Below are positions 40,004 through 52,559 of a stretch of 64,000 nucleotides of DNA, piece after piece; position 1 is the stretch's first letter, and the number at the start of each line of letters is the position of its first letter. The stretch covers positions 9,178,001-9,242,000 of the forward strand of contig NC_045697.1 in NCBI RefSeq assembly GCF_009834535.1, written 5' to 3'. Both the position numbers and the translations under genes were made by a program. The notes under the pieces are model-generated. The model ran no database searches. It saw only the letters and a program-made list of their open reading frames with translations, and was not told the DNA's origin. This stretch comes from Camelus ferus (taxonomy: Eukaryota).

Positions 40004-40974
40004 TAAAACTGAAATATTTTGATTGTCAAGTTAATTAAATGTTAACTTTTTTTTCTTTTTGGTGATATGCTATTTAGTGTTCTAGTATGTTATGTTTATC
40101 CAGTTACCAATGTAAATAATTGGTGTCATGCTTCATGCCTGTTACATCTACAATGCAAACATATAAAGCTTTCAGAGCAAAATGAATTGCTTAATACAGA
40201 GAAATGCTTCCTAGCTGTCCTGAAGAACTGATGTGACCACCTCAGTGGCTCACATTTACCTCTGGAGCCAAGAGATCCAATATGAGCACAAAGCAAGAAA
40301 ATGAATGCTTTGTGTCACTTTGTCATGCTCAAATCTCCTGCATTTGTACTCTCTGCAAGAAAAGACTTCACAAGTTAATCAATTTGTCTGTTCCATGCTT
40401 TAGTTGCTCCTGCTGCTCACATCCTGCAGCATCCATCTGTGATGTTGGCAGTAACACAGCTGCAAACCTTCATTATGTTCAGATGCACTTACCTTTTTTG
40501 AGGACCCAGGGTAAGAGATGTGGAGAAGCATTTTCCTGGGACTGAATGCTCACAGGAGTGGAGGTTCAGGGTGAGGGATCATGATGTGTCAGAACTGAGA
40601 GCTGGATGGCAAGAAGCAGAGGTGATGGTGATGTTTTATTTTTTTAATAAATGCATCTTTTACTGTGTGTGCAATATATAGCACCTTCTAAAGCATGGGG
40701 CCCAGAAGAGAAGTCCTTGTTGTCTCCACCCAAAGGCTACACAGGGAGGTGGGACAGTGACCATACTCAGGGTGAAACAAGGGTTCATCTTCAATTTCAT
40801 CCTGCAGACAGCCAGGAAGGAAGGAAGTAAATAAGTAAGCAAGAAAACTGTGGAAAGCTAACCTGTTTTAAGAAGTGGCCTCAGTGATATTTGACATGAA
40901 CATCAAAATAGTTTCAAGACTCCACTTAACTATGGTTTCTGGTTAAAATAATGCCAGAGATGCTACCTCCTCCA

Positions 40975-40986
40975 AACACACACACA

Positions 40987-41031
<45 letters not shown>
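40975..41031. repeat. (CA)n microsatellite
   Basis: Direct reading, one interruption. Confidence 0.95.
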
Positions 41032-41034
<3 letters not shown>

Positions 41035-41499
41035 GAAGGATTTACAGCCTTACCTTGCTTGTGAATTTATTGGACTCTGTGGCATAAAAGGCAGAAGTAT
41101 GACGTATTCTCTTGTACCTTAATCTACACAAAACGTCAAAGTGCCTGCAAAAAATCCATCCCAGACATCACTAACAACATTCCCTTGGAGACTGCTGGAG
41201 TCAGCAGTTTCTCAGATCACTGTATTTTAGAGACCTTCAGATTATCAGGATGATTTACTAGGTCGTTAAGGTAATGCTTGGATTTGCTAAGCAATGCAGA
41301 TTCCCTTCCTTCTGCCACTGAGAACTGTCTGGTCAGATTTTCCATGTTGCTCCTAGAAAAGGCACTAGCCTGGAAGTCAGGGATCTGGGTTCATGAATCT
41401 TTCATTCAAGATTACAGTCTGTGTGCCTTCCATCCAAAGGGACCATTCCTGTCCCATGTGGTCAATGGTCAATCAGGGAGGACATCCTGACCATGGCTC

Positions 41500-42150
41500 T
41501 CTTATTTATTTATCACTGAAAAATATTGATTAAACTTTTTCTGTGTGTCTAGCACATTTCTTGTTGCAGGTGAACAAACCAAATCCCTGCCCTCATGGAG
41601 CTTACATTCTACTGAGACAACAGACAATGGGCAATTATCAGTATACATTTATACTAAGTCAGACAATAAAGAAAATATCAAAGGGTCAGGGTAATGGGAT
41701 GTACTTGGGAGCATTTTCTATTTAGGTCAGTTTTTCAGGAAAGGTCTTTCTGCTAATGTGATACTTAAACAGAGACCTGAGTGGATTGAATGTCTAGATG
41801 TTAATATACCTGGGACACACACTTTCTGGGCAGAGAAACTGCAAGTAAAAAGACATGATATGCAAGAGTGCCTAACATGTTGAAGGAAAAGCACAGAGGC
41901 CGGGTGGCAGAAGCAGGGTGAGTAAGGTGGGTGCGGTGGGAAATAAAAGATTTGAGAGTAAGAGGTCCAAGCCAATGAGAAGAATTTTCTTTTCATCTGA
42001 GTAAGATGGTACTTCATGGAGGCTGACATGACTTGTTTATCAAATGAGTCACTCTTGTTGCTGTGCAAAGAACCCCACAGAGCAGGGGTAGAAGCAGAGA
42101 GAGCAGGGAAGGGGCTGCTATCACAACAACCCAGATGAAAGACGACAGTA
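41500..42150 (-). mobile_element. L2 fragment
   Basis: aaatccctgccctcatggagcttacattct...caggaaaggtctttctgctaatgtgatacttaaacagagacctga...gatcactctg-like motifs. Confidence 0.8.
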
Positions 42151-42350
42151 ATTGGGACTGCTTACTGAGCACTTATCAAGGATTAGGGTCCAGGCATCCT
42201 TTAAAGTGCTTTCCATGTGTGTCAATTTACAAGTACTCACAATAGTTTTATGAGGTAAGCACTAATGCTGCGTCTATTTTAGAGATGAGAAAACTGAGGC
42301 ATAGAGAGTTTAAATAATTGGTGCAAGCCACACAGGTCATTGGTGAGTTG
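42150..42350 (-). mobile_element. MIR SINE
   Basis: ttactgagcacttat...ctattttagagatgagaaaactgaggcatagagagtttaaataatt. Confidence 0.8.
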
Positions 42351-42872
42351 GACTAGTATTGTGACCTTGGAACTGATTGGATGCCAACAGGATGTGCTGA
42401 TGGATTTTTTTTTTTTTTTTTACTATTTCAATAATCATAGCTCCCACTTATTAAATACAATATGCTGACTTCAGGTCTAGGCTCTTAACATAAATTACCT
42501 CATGTAACTTTCCCAACCATTTTATAAATTGGCTACTGTTATTCTCCACAATTTACAGTTGTGGAAATAGAGTTAGAAAATTTGAATGATTTTGTTAACA
42601 GTCATAGCTGGCAAGTGCGTGAGGTTTGTCTGACTTCATAGCCTAAGTGACCAGGCACTGGACTTCCCCACCCTTCCCCTTGCCTGCTTCTCCATTCCTA
42701 TATTTACTCAGGACCTTTGCATCAGTCTCTAGTCTTTGAACTTGAGAATTTGATTTGCTTTAGATGTTACTCCCTACAAGGACCTTTTTCTTTTTCTTTC
42801 TTTTTCAGTTTTTACTCTGTATTTTCTATATCATATCATATCATATCATATATCATACCGTATCCAGTTATA

Positions 42873-43237
42873 TGTACTGTGGACTGAATTGTGTTACCCC
42901 ATATTTATATGTTGCTGCCCTAACACCCAACATGATGGCATTTGGAGATGGGAGTCTTTGGGAGATAATTAGAGTTAGATAGGTAATGAAATGGTCCCAT
43001 GATGGGACTAGTGGTCTTGTAAGAAGGGACATCAGAGAGATCGCTCTCTCTCTTCATCATGTGATGATGCAGTGAGAATGCAGCCATCTGCAAGCCAGGG
43101 AGAGAGTCCTTACCAGAACCCAACCGCGCTGGCTTCCCAATCTTAGACTTTCAGACTCCAGAACTGTGAGAAAATAAGTTTCTGTTGTTTAAGCTGTCTA
43201 TGCTATTTTGATGTGGCAGATTGAGCAGACTAAGAAA
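42873..43237 (+). mobile_element. MLT1A0-like MaLR solo LTR
   Basis: tgtggactgaattgtgttacccc...gcagccatctgcaagccagggagagag...ctccagaactgtgagaaaataagtttctgttgtttaagc...gactaaga. Confidence 0.88.
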
Positions 43238-44851
43238 ATATGTATCATATAATATCATGTACAATATAATTATATATGATGTGTTATATAATAATTTATC
43301 ATATCTATTTTCTGTTAGTGTATTCTTTTTTTGTCTGCCTGCTTCATCATTTATCTCTTGCATATTACCTAGCACATAGTAGGCATACAATAATATTTGG
43401 TGGGTGCATAAATGAATGAATGAATGAACCTAATTCCAGCCACCCTAAATAACCACCATTCTTAATGAATGGATTTGCCAACTTGGCTCCAGTGCCATTT
43501 GCTCAGTGTCTCTAGGGAGCCTTCCTTTGGATCCAGAGCAAGATCCAACCCATTAGCTCCTCAGTCCAACCAATGCATTTAGTCCATCAACATTCCCTGA
43601 GCTAATCCCAGGTCTGTAACTACCTCCCTCAAGGATCTTGGGCAAGTCATTTCCCTCCTTGAGCTTCAGCTGCTGCTTCATGACCGAGTGAAACTCTGAG
43701 CCAGATAAAAAATCATCATCTGAGACAAGATTAAAATTGCAAAGAGCAGGATACATCAGGAAATCTTCCAAGTCAGTAATTCACCCTGGGAATAAAGTGG
43801 TAATTCTCTGTCCAGAGCTGTGGACCTGGGGACAGAGAAGGCTGCCTGATTGCCTCCAGCTGCCAAGCTCCAAGTCTGGGAAACTTGTCAAACCCTAAGC
43901 TGTGCTTTGTAATCTCTTTCAACAGGCTGCTCATATAGAGACGGTGTGGATCGATTTGTGGTGCTAGAGTGCTTGCACCCTTTCCGGAGGGGCAGTGCAC
44001 TTGAATATTTAACAAGGCAGGTAATAGTCCTAAATGGGGGGTGGAATTGAGTTGGGTGGTTTGGGTCAGCCACGACCTGGATTATAAAACTGAAAAGAGA
44101 AGATGGACATTTTTTATTGATTCGAGGCCAGTTTTTTTCTTACTTTATTTGCTGCTTTAAATCTATGTACTTTGCTCCTAGTGGCTTCCTGTCTGGATAA
44201 TAGAAAAACACTTTCTGTAAGTGTTTAACTTGACAGGCCTCCATTTGTACCTGGGCTGCCAAGAGCCACTTGTGGCTCTCATCCTGTATGTTTACAAGTC
44301 TCTATATGTCCAGAATTCATTTGTTTATCCAGCAGCTGTTCATCCATCCATTCGTCTATTCAGTCAGCTTTGACTGAGTTCTTAGTATGTGCATGAAAAA
44401 AAATCTTGCTCTTTGCAAAAAATATGAATAAAAATGTTTCTGCTCCAAAGAAGGTCTGATAGAGTGGGCACACTAAACAGGAGACACTAGCAATGTATTG
44501 TGTGATGTGTGCACATCCCTCCAGAAAGAATGGACACAATTCAGCCTGACTCGGATTGGCTGCCAAGTAAGCCATTTCAGCATATATGTCTCTGAGTTGT
44601 TCTCCACTCCTTTTATCTCAACACTCAGTTGTCAAGTAGGCAAGTAGCTGAATATCTTGGGGAGTCTGCTTCCCAAACTTAGTTGATTAGACTAGATTTT
44701 AGTAGGTTCCCTGGCATCCAATCAAAACGACCTTCTAGAAATCTAGTCTTTTCTTTGCCAGGGAGGTGGTGTTTCAGAGTGGCTAAGAGACTGTCTTTGA
44801 AGTCAGACAGTTTGAATTCAAATTCTGAATCAACTCTGGAAAAATACTGGG

Positions 44852-44935
44852 AACTCTTTTTATACTAAAAAGGGGAGGGGGTGTGGTTGGTTGTTGCAAA
44901 CTTCTTGGTGTCAGAATACTTCGTTCTTGTAGCTG
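44852..44935 (-). mobile_element. Orphan internal fragment of a MER41-like LTR
   Basis: ctctttttatactaaaaagg...gttgttgcaaacttcttggtgtcagaat closely matches 45717-45790. Confidence 0.8.
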
Positions 44936-46087
44936 ATAAGTCAGCTTAGCCAGGCTATACCACCTGCCCCGGAATTTCTCTTCTGTTTTATGTTTCCAGC
45001 TGGGCTGGGCCACAAGGAATATTCTCTCAGGAGAATTAGGGAGTGGGAAGGGAGGCTGTAGCCATCTTATAGCAATACAGAATTTTTCCATTATTTAAGC
45101 AAATACTAGTCTTAGTGTTTCTGTATAGGGATTTTATCAATGTGATATAAAGTTCCAAAGTCATTGATTATTTTTAGTTAATCAAAAGAGAGACCATTGT
45201 GGGTGGGTGTGACTTAATCAGGTGGAAGCCCTTTAAAAGGAGACTAGGGTCTTCTTGACAATCAGATACTCCAAGCATTGTGCGGGCTGACATTCCTCTC
45301 CTGAATCTTCCCTTCCTAACTGCCTGCCCAGGCTTGCTTAGCCAGTCCCTAGAATGGTGGAAGCCTATTTCCTATTCCCTGTGCGTGTGTATATGTACTT
45401 ACACACACAACCCCTGTATATATGAATATTCACATATATGACAAGTACAATGCACATATGTATATATTCACACATGTGTATATGTATATATACATGCATG
45501 TGTGTGTATACATACTACATATGTACTGTATATATACTATGTATATCTGATTCTGTTACCAAGTCCAAAATTCTGCTCACTGCATGACAGGCCAATGAAT
45601 TGGGCAGGAGACAAGGTGTTGGGGCAGGAATAATGACTTTATTTGGAAAGCCATCAGACTGAGAAGATGGGAAAATAATGACCTACAGAACCATCTTCCC
45701 TAAGTCAGAATTCAGGCTCTTTTTATACTAAAAAGGAGTGGTTAGTTGTTGCAAACTTCTTGGTGTCAGAATCCTTTGTTCTAGCAGCTGTCTACGTAGG
45801 TCAGGTCATAATGCCCCTGTAAATCTCCAACAAGACAAATGTTATTCTCTGTTTGTCTCTATATGAATGGGAAAGTGTTATACCCTTAAAGGTCAGAATC
45901 TTGAGAATAGGCTCTCCTGTATATTTCCGTCTCTAGGCAACATTCTTGTACAAAAAGTGGAAAACCAGCATGACTATGCACAGGACCAGAGCACAGGGTT
46001 GGAGCTGAAGAAACAACTCTAATATGGAGTCAGATTTATTCTTCAATATTTTAATTCTGCTCCTCTAGTTGAAGCCTACCTAGTACT
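44936..46087 (+). mobile_element. MLT2E/F-like ERVL LTR, interrupted by a MER41-like LTR
   Basis: gtcagcttagccaggctata start; gggtgggtgtgacttaatcaggtggaagccctttaaaag; terminus (g)attc|tgctcctctagttgaagcctacctagtac resumes after 46057. Confidence 0.72.
45554..46053 (-). mobile_element. MER41-like (artiodactyl ERV1) solo LTR
   Basis: About 500 bp, begins tgttaccaagtcc and ends aatatggagtcagatttattcttcaatatttta; 4-bp TSD attc (45550-45553, 46054-46057), typical of ERV1. Confidence 0.8.
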
Positions 46088-46629
46088 TGTAAGCATACAT
46101 TGTAGTTCAGGCCAGAAGGCCTCCTGGAGGAAGTGAGTTGAAATATGAAGGATGAACAGAAATAGGAATGTGCTAGAAGGAAGCACTGTGTGTGGTCTGG
46201 GGCAGAGTGGGTGTGTCTAGAGATGGAAGGGGAGGAAGTGAGGTTGGAGATTTTGGCAGAGGCAAATGTTGAGCAACCATCAAATTATGGTGTTTCTTAT
46301 TTTGTTTGTTTTAGTAAGACTGCACAGGGAATTAAGAAAGACAGGAATTTAGTTCCAGCAACTGCACAACAGGTGCCACAGAGAACTGAGCACCACTATT
46401 CAGGATACAACTGAAGTTCTGATAGTCTAATAAACACGTAATTTAGTTCCTCCATTTCCGCCACTTGTTACCTGCTCTTCCTTCTTAGTAATTCATTAAC
46501 ATCTCCACAACTCAAGACTTACATCTACTGCCTTTCTTTAGGTATTTCTCTACAACTTCCTCTTTGTACCATAGAGACTAACAGACGATATAATTTCTGG
46601 TCATGGGTTTGTCTGCCTCTATCAGGCTG

Positions 46630-47370
46630 TGATGAGAAAACAGCAATTCTGAGTTACTGCCTAGGCATTTTACCTTATGACAACCCTGCTCACACCCAGA
46701 GTGTGGACATTTACACAAGGACCTGAGCTTAGGACTCCTGCCCTAAGTGTCTGTTTCCTGGGGGCACCTTTTATTGTACTTTATTTTATTTTTTCATTTT
46801 TAATTTTTTTATTTGAAATGTAGCCAATTTACAATGCTGTTTATCTAAGAAAATGACACAAATGAACTTATTGTGAAACAGAAAAAGACTCACAGACATA
46901 GAAAGCAAACATATGGTTACCAGAGGGAAAGAGGGGATAAATGGGAGTTTGGGTTTTGCAGATACTAACTACTATGTATAAACTAGACAAACAACAAGGT
47001 CCTATTGTATAGTACAGGGAATTATATTCAGTATCCTGGGGCACGTTTTAAAATAACCATTTGGAGTCCAGCCCATGAAAAATTAGTGACCTCCTGTCCC
47101 AACCACCTTGGAAGTAATAGGTACTTTTTACTCTGCTTTCTGTCTCCTGCTCACTTGCTCATGACCTGAGACAGAGGACTGCTTTTCCCCTGGCTCATTG
47201 CAACCCCATTTCCCATTTCTAGTACTGGGAAGTAATAAACCTGTGACTTTACTTCCTTTATGTGAATATTGAAACTGCACCTTTTATCAGAACAACCCGG
47301 GTTTTTATTTCCTCAAAGAGGGGCTTGGATGCTAAGGGAGCTACTTACCAACCCCTTGTGGTGCGCTTGT
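46630..47370 (+). mobile_element. ERVL LTR (MER74/MER73/LTR53-like), interrupted by an L1
   Basis: ggaagtaataaacctgtgacttt...tattgaaactgcaccttt resembles the poly(A) region of this LTR group; boundaries approximate. Confidence 0.55.
46773..47033 (-). mobile_element. Short L1 with 5' inversion (twin priming)
   Basis: T-rich tail and antisense L1 end (46773-46842), then sense L1 3' UTR (46843-47033); TSD tcctgggggcacctttt (46756-46772) vs tcctggggcacgtttt (47034-47049). Confidence 0.88.
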
Positions 47371-48649
47371 GCCTCCTCGTTCAGCAGGTCATAATCTGCA
47401 TCTCCTTAACTTAATACATCAGCGATGGGTCCTCCAAACACATAGCATTAACCAATGGAAATGTCTAGTTTCCGGTTCATTACAAACTGCTAAAACCCTT
47501 TTACCAAGATGTTTTCTTTGTATTGTCATGTTTTACTGTTATCTTCTTGGGAGGAGGGGAAAACAGTCTAATTTTTTTCCATGTATTTTTGTGTTAGAAC
47601 ACTTAATCCTTACAATTTTTGTGCAGAATACTCCAGTTGTTCTATTATAGAAATGTTCTCCCCATCCACTTCTTTTCCAATTGCCCCCAGTAAACATGAA
47701 GTTGCTATTTTACTTACTCTTCTAAATACGGTGCTTCCCTCATTTGTTCACTGCTCTGGCTCTGTGGTCTCTCCTTTATCGTGTGAAGGGATGGAATTTT
47801 TAAGTCCATTTTGGGAAAGAGTCATTTCCTCACTGGAGTCCATGTTGAAACAGGGGTTTCATTTTCCTTCCTTTGTAACATCATTAAATATTTTCTTAGG
47901 CTATCAAAAACCTGGAGTTTGATTATCGTATAGTTTGATTAGGGAGCAGAGTGTAGGCTTTGCCTCTAAGAACTTGTCTACATAGTGCAAGTTTCAACAT
48001 TCAAAAGAGTAAGGACCAACAGTGAAGGCATTTCTCCTTAGTCAGAAATTCTTAGAGCCAATAAAGGACTCCTTTCCCCTCAAAACATGTGTCTCAGCCA
48101 CAATTCTGCAGATGCAAAGGGCTACCGTGTAAATGAGCAAAATTTTTTTTTTCTGGAAGTGGCAATAATAGTAGTGTTACCATATATGGCCCGCATACTG
48201 CAAAAGCATGTTAAAATCATAATATTATCTTAATTAATAGAAGAGTATTTCTGTAAATAAAGTGCACAGTCGATGGCTGTGACACTATTCAGAGTTTTGT
48301 TATTTTTAAGTACCTGCAACTTTCTGTTTTAAGGTATTGTTCTGAGGAATGATCAGCTTTCAGAGTGTGTGCTCTGTTGAAGAATTTGTCTCTACCAAAC
48401 CAGTATTTACATCATTGTCTTAGCTGTACTTTCTCTATGGTGACTAAGTGACCTTTGGATCATGCACCCTAGTTTGTGTTTGTGCAGTTTTGAAGAGAGT
48501 GAACCAAAAGGTAGTGAAGTTTCTTCCAGCTCTAAAATTCATGATAATCCTGAACACTGAAGCTCTTTAAGAACAAAAGTAGTATTAAAAAAATGGAGAA
48601 ACAAAAGTCACTCTTCTTGGCCCTCAATAGAAAGCCCTATATACATCAT

Positions 48650-48890
48650 TACCAACAACTACCTTTTATTGAGTGTTTGACATATCCAGGAACAGAACAA
48701 AACTTTGCACTTCCACACATTCATTAAATTCTCAGACCAGCCCTGGAAAGTATGATCCTTATTTGACAACTGAGTCAATAGAGGCTCACTGATAAAGCTT
48801 GCCTGGGGTCGCATGGCTAGAAAGTGCAAGAGTTTGAACTGGAACCTAGGACTCTCTGACGCTAAAGACTTTGTCCTTTACCAGTATTTT
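48650..48890 (-). mobile_element. MIR SINE
   Basis: ctaccttttattgagtg...aaattctcagaccagccctgg...gcttgcctggggtcgcatggctagaaagt. Confidence 0.72.
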
Positions 48891-50029
48891 CTGCAGTCTC
48901 CCTGCCTTTGATCTCTCCTTCAACTAAGTGCCCTGTATGTAACACCTGAGCAAAAGGTGTTGAGACATGGTGGTCTTCCCCTAAAGGGGTTAAACCTTTG
49001 TAACTGTGAAATGTGGTATGCAGAGGCACCTGGAAGTCCTTCCATTTGTCACCCCAACTTGCTTTTTCCCTGTGTTTATGACACTTTTTAGTCAGACCTT
49101 AAAAATGGCAATATAGATTGGTTTTAGAAAGGCAATGCTTCTAAGCACAGAAATTCATCCTAACATGTTTTTACAGTTTGTTTGAAAGCTTCCATGTCCC
49201 CCTGGAAATAGTGGGTAAAGAAAAAAATATATACACTCAGGTTTCTGTGATTCCATCATGGGCTATCCAAGGGCCATTCAGAGACGTTCATTGTTTCCTT
49301 TGCCTCACCTTGTCAATATTTGATAATTGTAGGAGGTGACAGTAGGGAGAAAGCCAACCTCATTTGCAAGATTGCTGGAACCCACCTTCGTAATTACTAA
49401 TGATGGAAGTAAAATCAAATGTTAGTGAAGTGATGGAAGCTGCATATCTGAACATAACAGCTGATTCAGGGACCAGGAGGTGTCAGAAAAGAAAGGGGTA
49501 TCAGTTGCGTTCAAGACAATTAAAAGGTCCCTGTTTAAAGTCTTGGGGTTCTTAGAGCCTGTTTCAGTGGCTCCAAGTCTGATTTTTGTGTTTGGTGTGG
49601 TGTGGTTTGGTTTTTCATTCCAGCCTCCAGTCCCTTCAGCACTGCTAAGACTAGCATGGAGATCTCAAGGTATCCATCAAACATCATGTCACACCTCCCC
49701 AAACTTTGTTCCACACATTTCACACAGCTTTGATATTAAAAGTCACTGGGGAGTGTAAGCAAACAGAATGATTATAATAGTATAAAGTGGAAAGCAAAAT
49801 CATTCTTAGATTTGAAGAAATGAAGTAACTTGCCTACTGCTTTTGCTGTACGGACTTGGGAAAATCACTTGGCCCCTGTAAGGCTTGCACTTCTCATTTG
49901 CAGAATGAGAATGTGAAAAAACTTGTCTTGGAAGCTTACTCTGTGCAAAAAGGGAAACGAAGCAGGTTAATAAAAATCCTATTGTAGATGCTGTATTTGG
50001 AAGGAGTGGAGGCAGCTTGGCACCTGGCT

Positions 50030-50330
50030 GCTTGTGTTAACTGGTTCTTTTATTTTTTATGTTCTGGGGCTTTGCTGACTCTGGAAAGACTGCGTCTTCC
50101 AGGGTTAGCCAATTCACCCACCAAGCACAGTTTTCAAATGCAAACTAACCAATCTAGACTCCATTCCCCAACCACCTCCTTTATTGGGTTCTCATACTTT
50201 GAGCCACTATTTACCTGCTTTAATCACTCCAGGTACCAGACATCTGGCCAGGCACCAAAAAACAGCTCCTCTGCTACTGAGCCTGCTGAAATTATTCAAA
50301 CTCATCAGTTCCAAAGCTGTTTGGCTTGCC
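50030..50330 (+). mobile_element. MER90-like ERV1 LTR fragment
   Basis: gggttagccaattc...atgcaaactaaccaatctagactcc...ccaaccacctcctttattggg...gagcctgctgaaattattcaaact. Confidence 0.7.
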
Positions 50331-51225
50331 AGAATCCCTACGGCTACTGGGATCTATTTCTCTTTACCTTTTCTCTATTCACACAGACTCTTGTTCTCAA
50401 TGGGCTTCTCATAGACAGGCCAAGATATCTTGCTATAGAATCGTGTTTCTCTGGTCATTTTATTCTGTCCTTCTATATGTGCCAGTGTGAAACTTACAAG
50501 AACCTGTTGCAGAGAGAGGCACACTTCTCACTTCCTGCACCGTCCTGCCAGCCAAAGTGATCCCTATGGGTACCTCTTCTGAAAGGAGCTCATTTAATCC
50601 AAGACTGGCAGTCCAACTCTACAGTCCAGGGGGTCTGGCAATGAGATGCTGGCAGGACTTACACAGTGAGATTTTAGGTCTGTTGACTTTTCTTCCCACC
50701 TCTTTCCCTCCCTTCCCTGGCATATACCATTTTAGAAAAAAATCATTCATTCACTTTAATGTCACAGCTCTGTGTCAGGCACTGTGCCCAGTACTAAAGA
50801 TACAGACACAAATGAGTTGCTACCATTGCAGTCAGGACCGGTTGCTCCAATTGTTGGTCAAAATGAATAGCTGTGCATACGGATGTTCCCCTATTTCAAG
50901 TCTTAAATACTAAAACCTTCATTGTATACTATATGAGATCAGGGTTAGACTGTCTAGAAGGTGACCCACTGTTAAGGGGAGAAAGAAAAGCACATACAAC
51001 ATATGATATGAAGTAGGAGGTAAGGACCATGAGAAAAATAAAAGCTAAGTATAGCTGATATTTGCAAGAAGAGAGTATATATTTTGGGGAGGCAGGTGAT
51101 ATCAAAAATATCAAGAGAAAAAAGACTGTGAAGAAGTTTGCATTGAACAACTGATGTGATTTCAAAGTCATGAAATAAAAATGGAGAAGTTTTTAGAATA
51201 GTGAAGAAGCAAATCAACACATAGC

Positions 51226-51635
51226 ATTATGAGTTGACCTATGTCCCTCCTTCCCCTAATACATATGTCTAATCGTAACCCCCAGGACCTCAGAATGTTA
51301 CCTTATTTGGAGATAGGCTCTTTACAAAGGTAATCAAGTTAAAGTAAAGTCATTGGTGTGGCCTTTAATAAAAAATGACCTGTGTCCTTATCAAAAGGGG
51401 AAATTTGGACAAAGAGACAATGCACAGAGGGATGGCAATGTGAAGAAAGGTAACGAGAAGAGGCCACCTACAGTCCATGTAGAGAGGCATGATTCCCTCC
51501 CAGCTCTTAGAAGGAGCCAGCCCTGTTGACATCTTGATTATGAACTTCTAGCCTTCAGCACTAAGACAATACTTTTTCATTGCTTCAGTCCACTCAGGCT
51601 GTGCAAGCTTTTTATGGTAGCCCTAGCAAAGTGAT
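51226..51635 (+). mobile_element. MLT1B-like MaLR solo LTR
   Basis: aacccccaggacctcagaatgttaccttatttggagatagg...aaaaggggaaatttggaca...tttatggtagccctagcaaa. Confidence 0.85.
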
Positions 51636-51844
51636 GTGCATGGAGGTTGGGAAGTATACTTTGGGAGGGGGCAAGTAGAGCCTGGGGCATGTAACGTGGA
51701 CTATATGAATAAGGCTGAAGAGACAGGATGGGCCACACTGATAATACCAGAGAGAAACAGTGTGCATTTAATTCAGTGGTCAGATGACATTTAAAGAACA
51801 CTTCTGGGTAGGAAAGAGAAGTGTTAGAAGGAGGATCTAGTGTT

Positions 51845-51928
51845 AGTATATATCTAGAGTATATATATATACTGTATATATATTATATATATATAGTGTG
51901 TGTGTGTGTGTATGTGTGTATATATATA
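51845..51928. repeat. (TA)n/(TG)n compound microsatellite
   Basis: Direct reading. Confidence 0.88.
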
Positions 51929-51998
51929 AAGCTTGAAATTACTACTCAAAGTTCTTGCTGCAAGTGTAAGGGATTTATTGAGAATTCTACTTAGCTAT

Positions 51999-52335
51999 TG
52001 TCTTAGTCAGCTTGGGCCACCATAACAAAACGCCATGGACTCAGTTCTGGAGGCTAGAAGTCTAAGACTGAGATGCCAGCATAGCTGCTTTCTATGAGAG
52101 CTTTCTTTCTGGCTTGGAGATAGCCGCCTTCTTGCTAAGTCCTCACATGGCAAGAGACAGAGAACTCAGAGTCTCTGGTGTGTCATCTTATAAGGGCACT
52201 AATCCCATTCCGAGGGCCCCACCCACATGACCTAATCTAAACCTCATTATCTCCAAAGGCCACATCTCCAAATCTATGTTGGGAGTTAGGGCTGTGACTC
52301 TTTAATGTTGGTAGGACTCAAGTCAATCCACAGCA
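51999..52335 (-). mobile_element. MLT1A0-like MaLR solo LTR
   Basis: tgtcttagtcagcttgggccaccataacaaaa...cagttctggaggctagaagtctaagac...tcttataagggcactaatccc...tccacagca. Confidence 0.88.
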
Positions 52336-52559
52336 TTGTAAAATGTCATTATACATTTCTCACCACAGATTTAACTGTGCTGTATTAAGTTATCCTTCCT
52401 ACTATGATTTCAAAGATATATGATTTAAGAAAAAACATGAGCTGGAAAAAGAGGCAAATGGATGTTACCTTTCATTTTTAAAATGGGTATTTGAAAGTCA
52501 GTGTATAATAGTTTATTTAAAACAAGGAAGAAATAGAAGGATAAACTATTAATATAAAA

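Noticed and set aside
38770..40200. AT-rich flanks of the L1 as a possible old DNA transposon
   Set aside because: No terminal inverted repeats or recognisable consensus found.
49988..50560. Longest ORF (190 aa)
   Set aside because: Largely overlaps an ERV1 LTR fragment; no recognisable domain or exon context.
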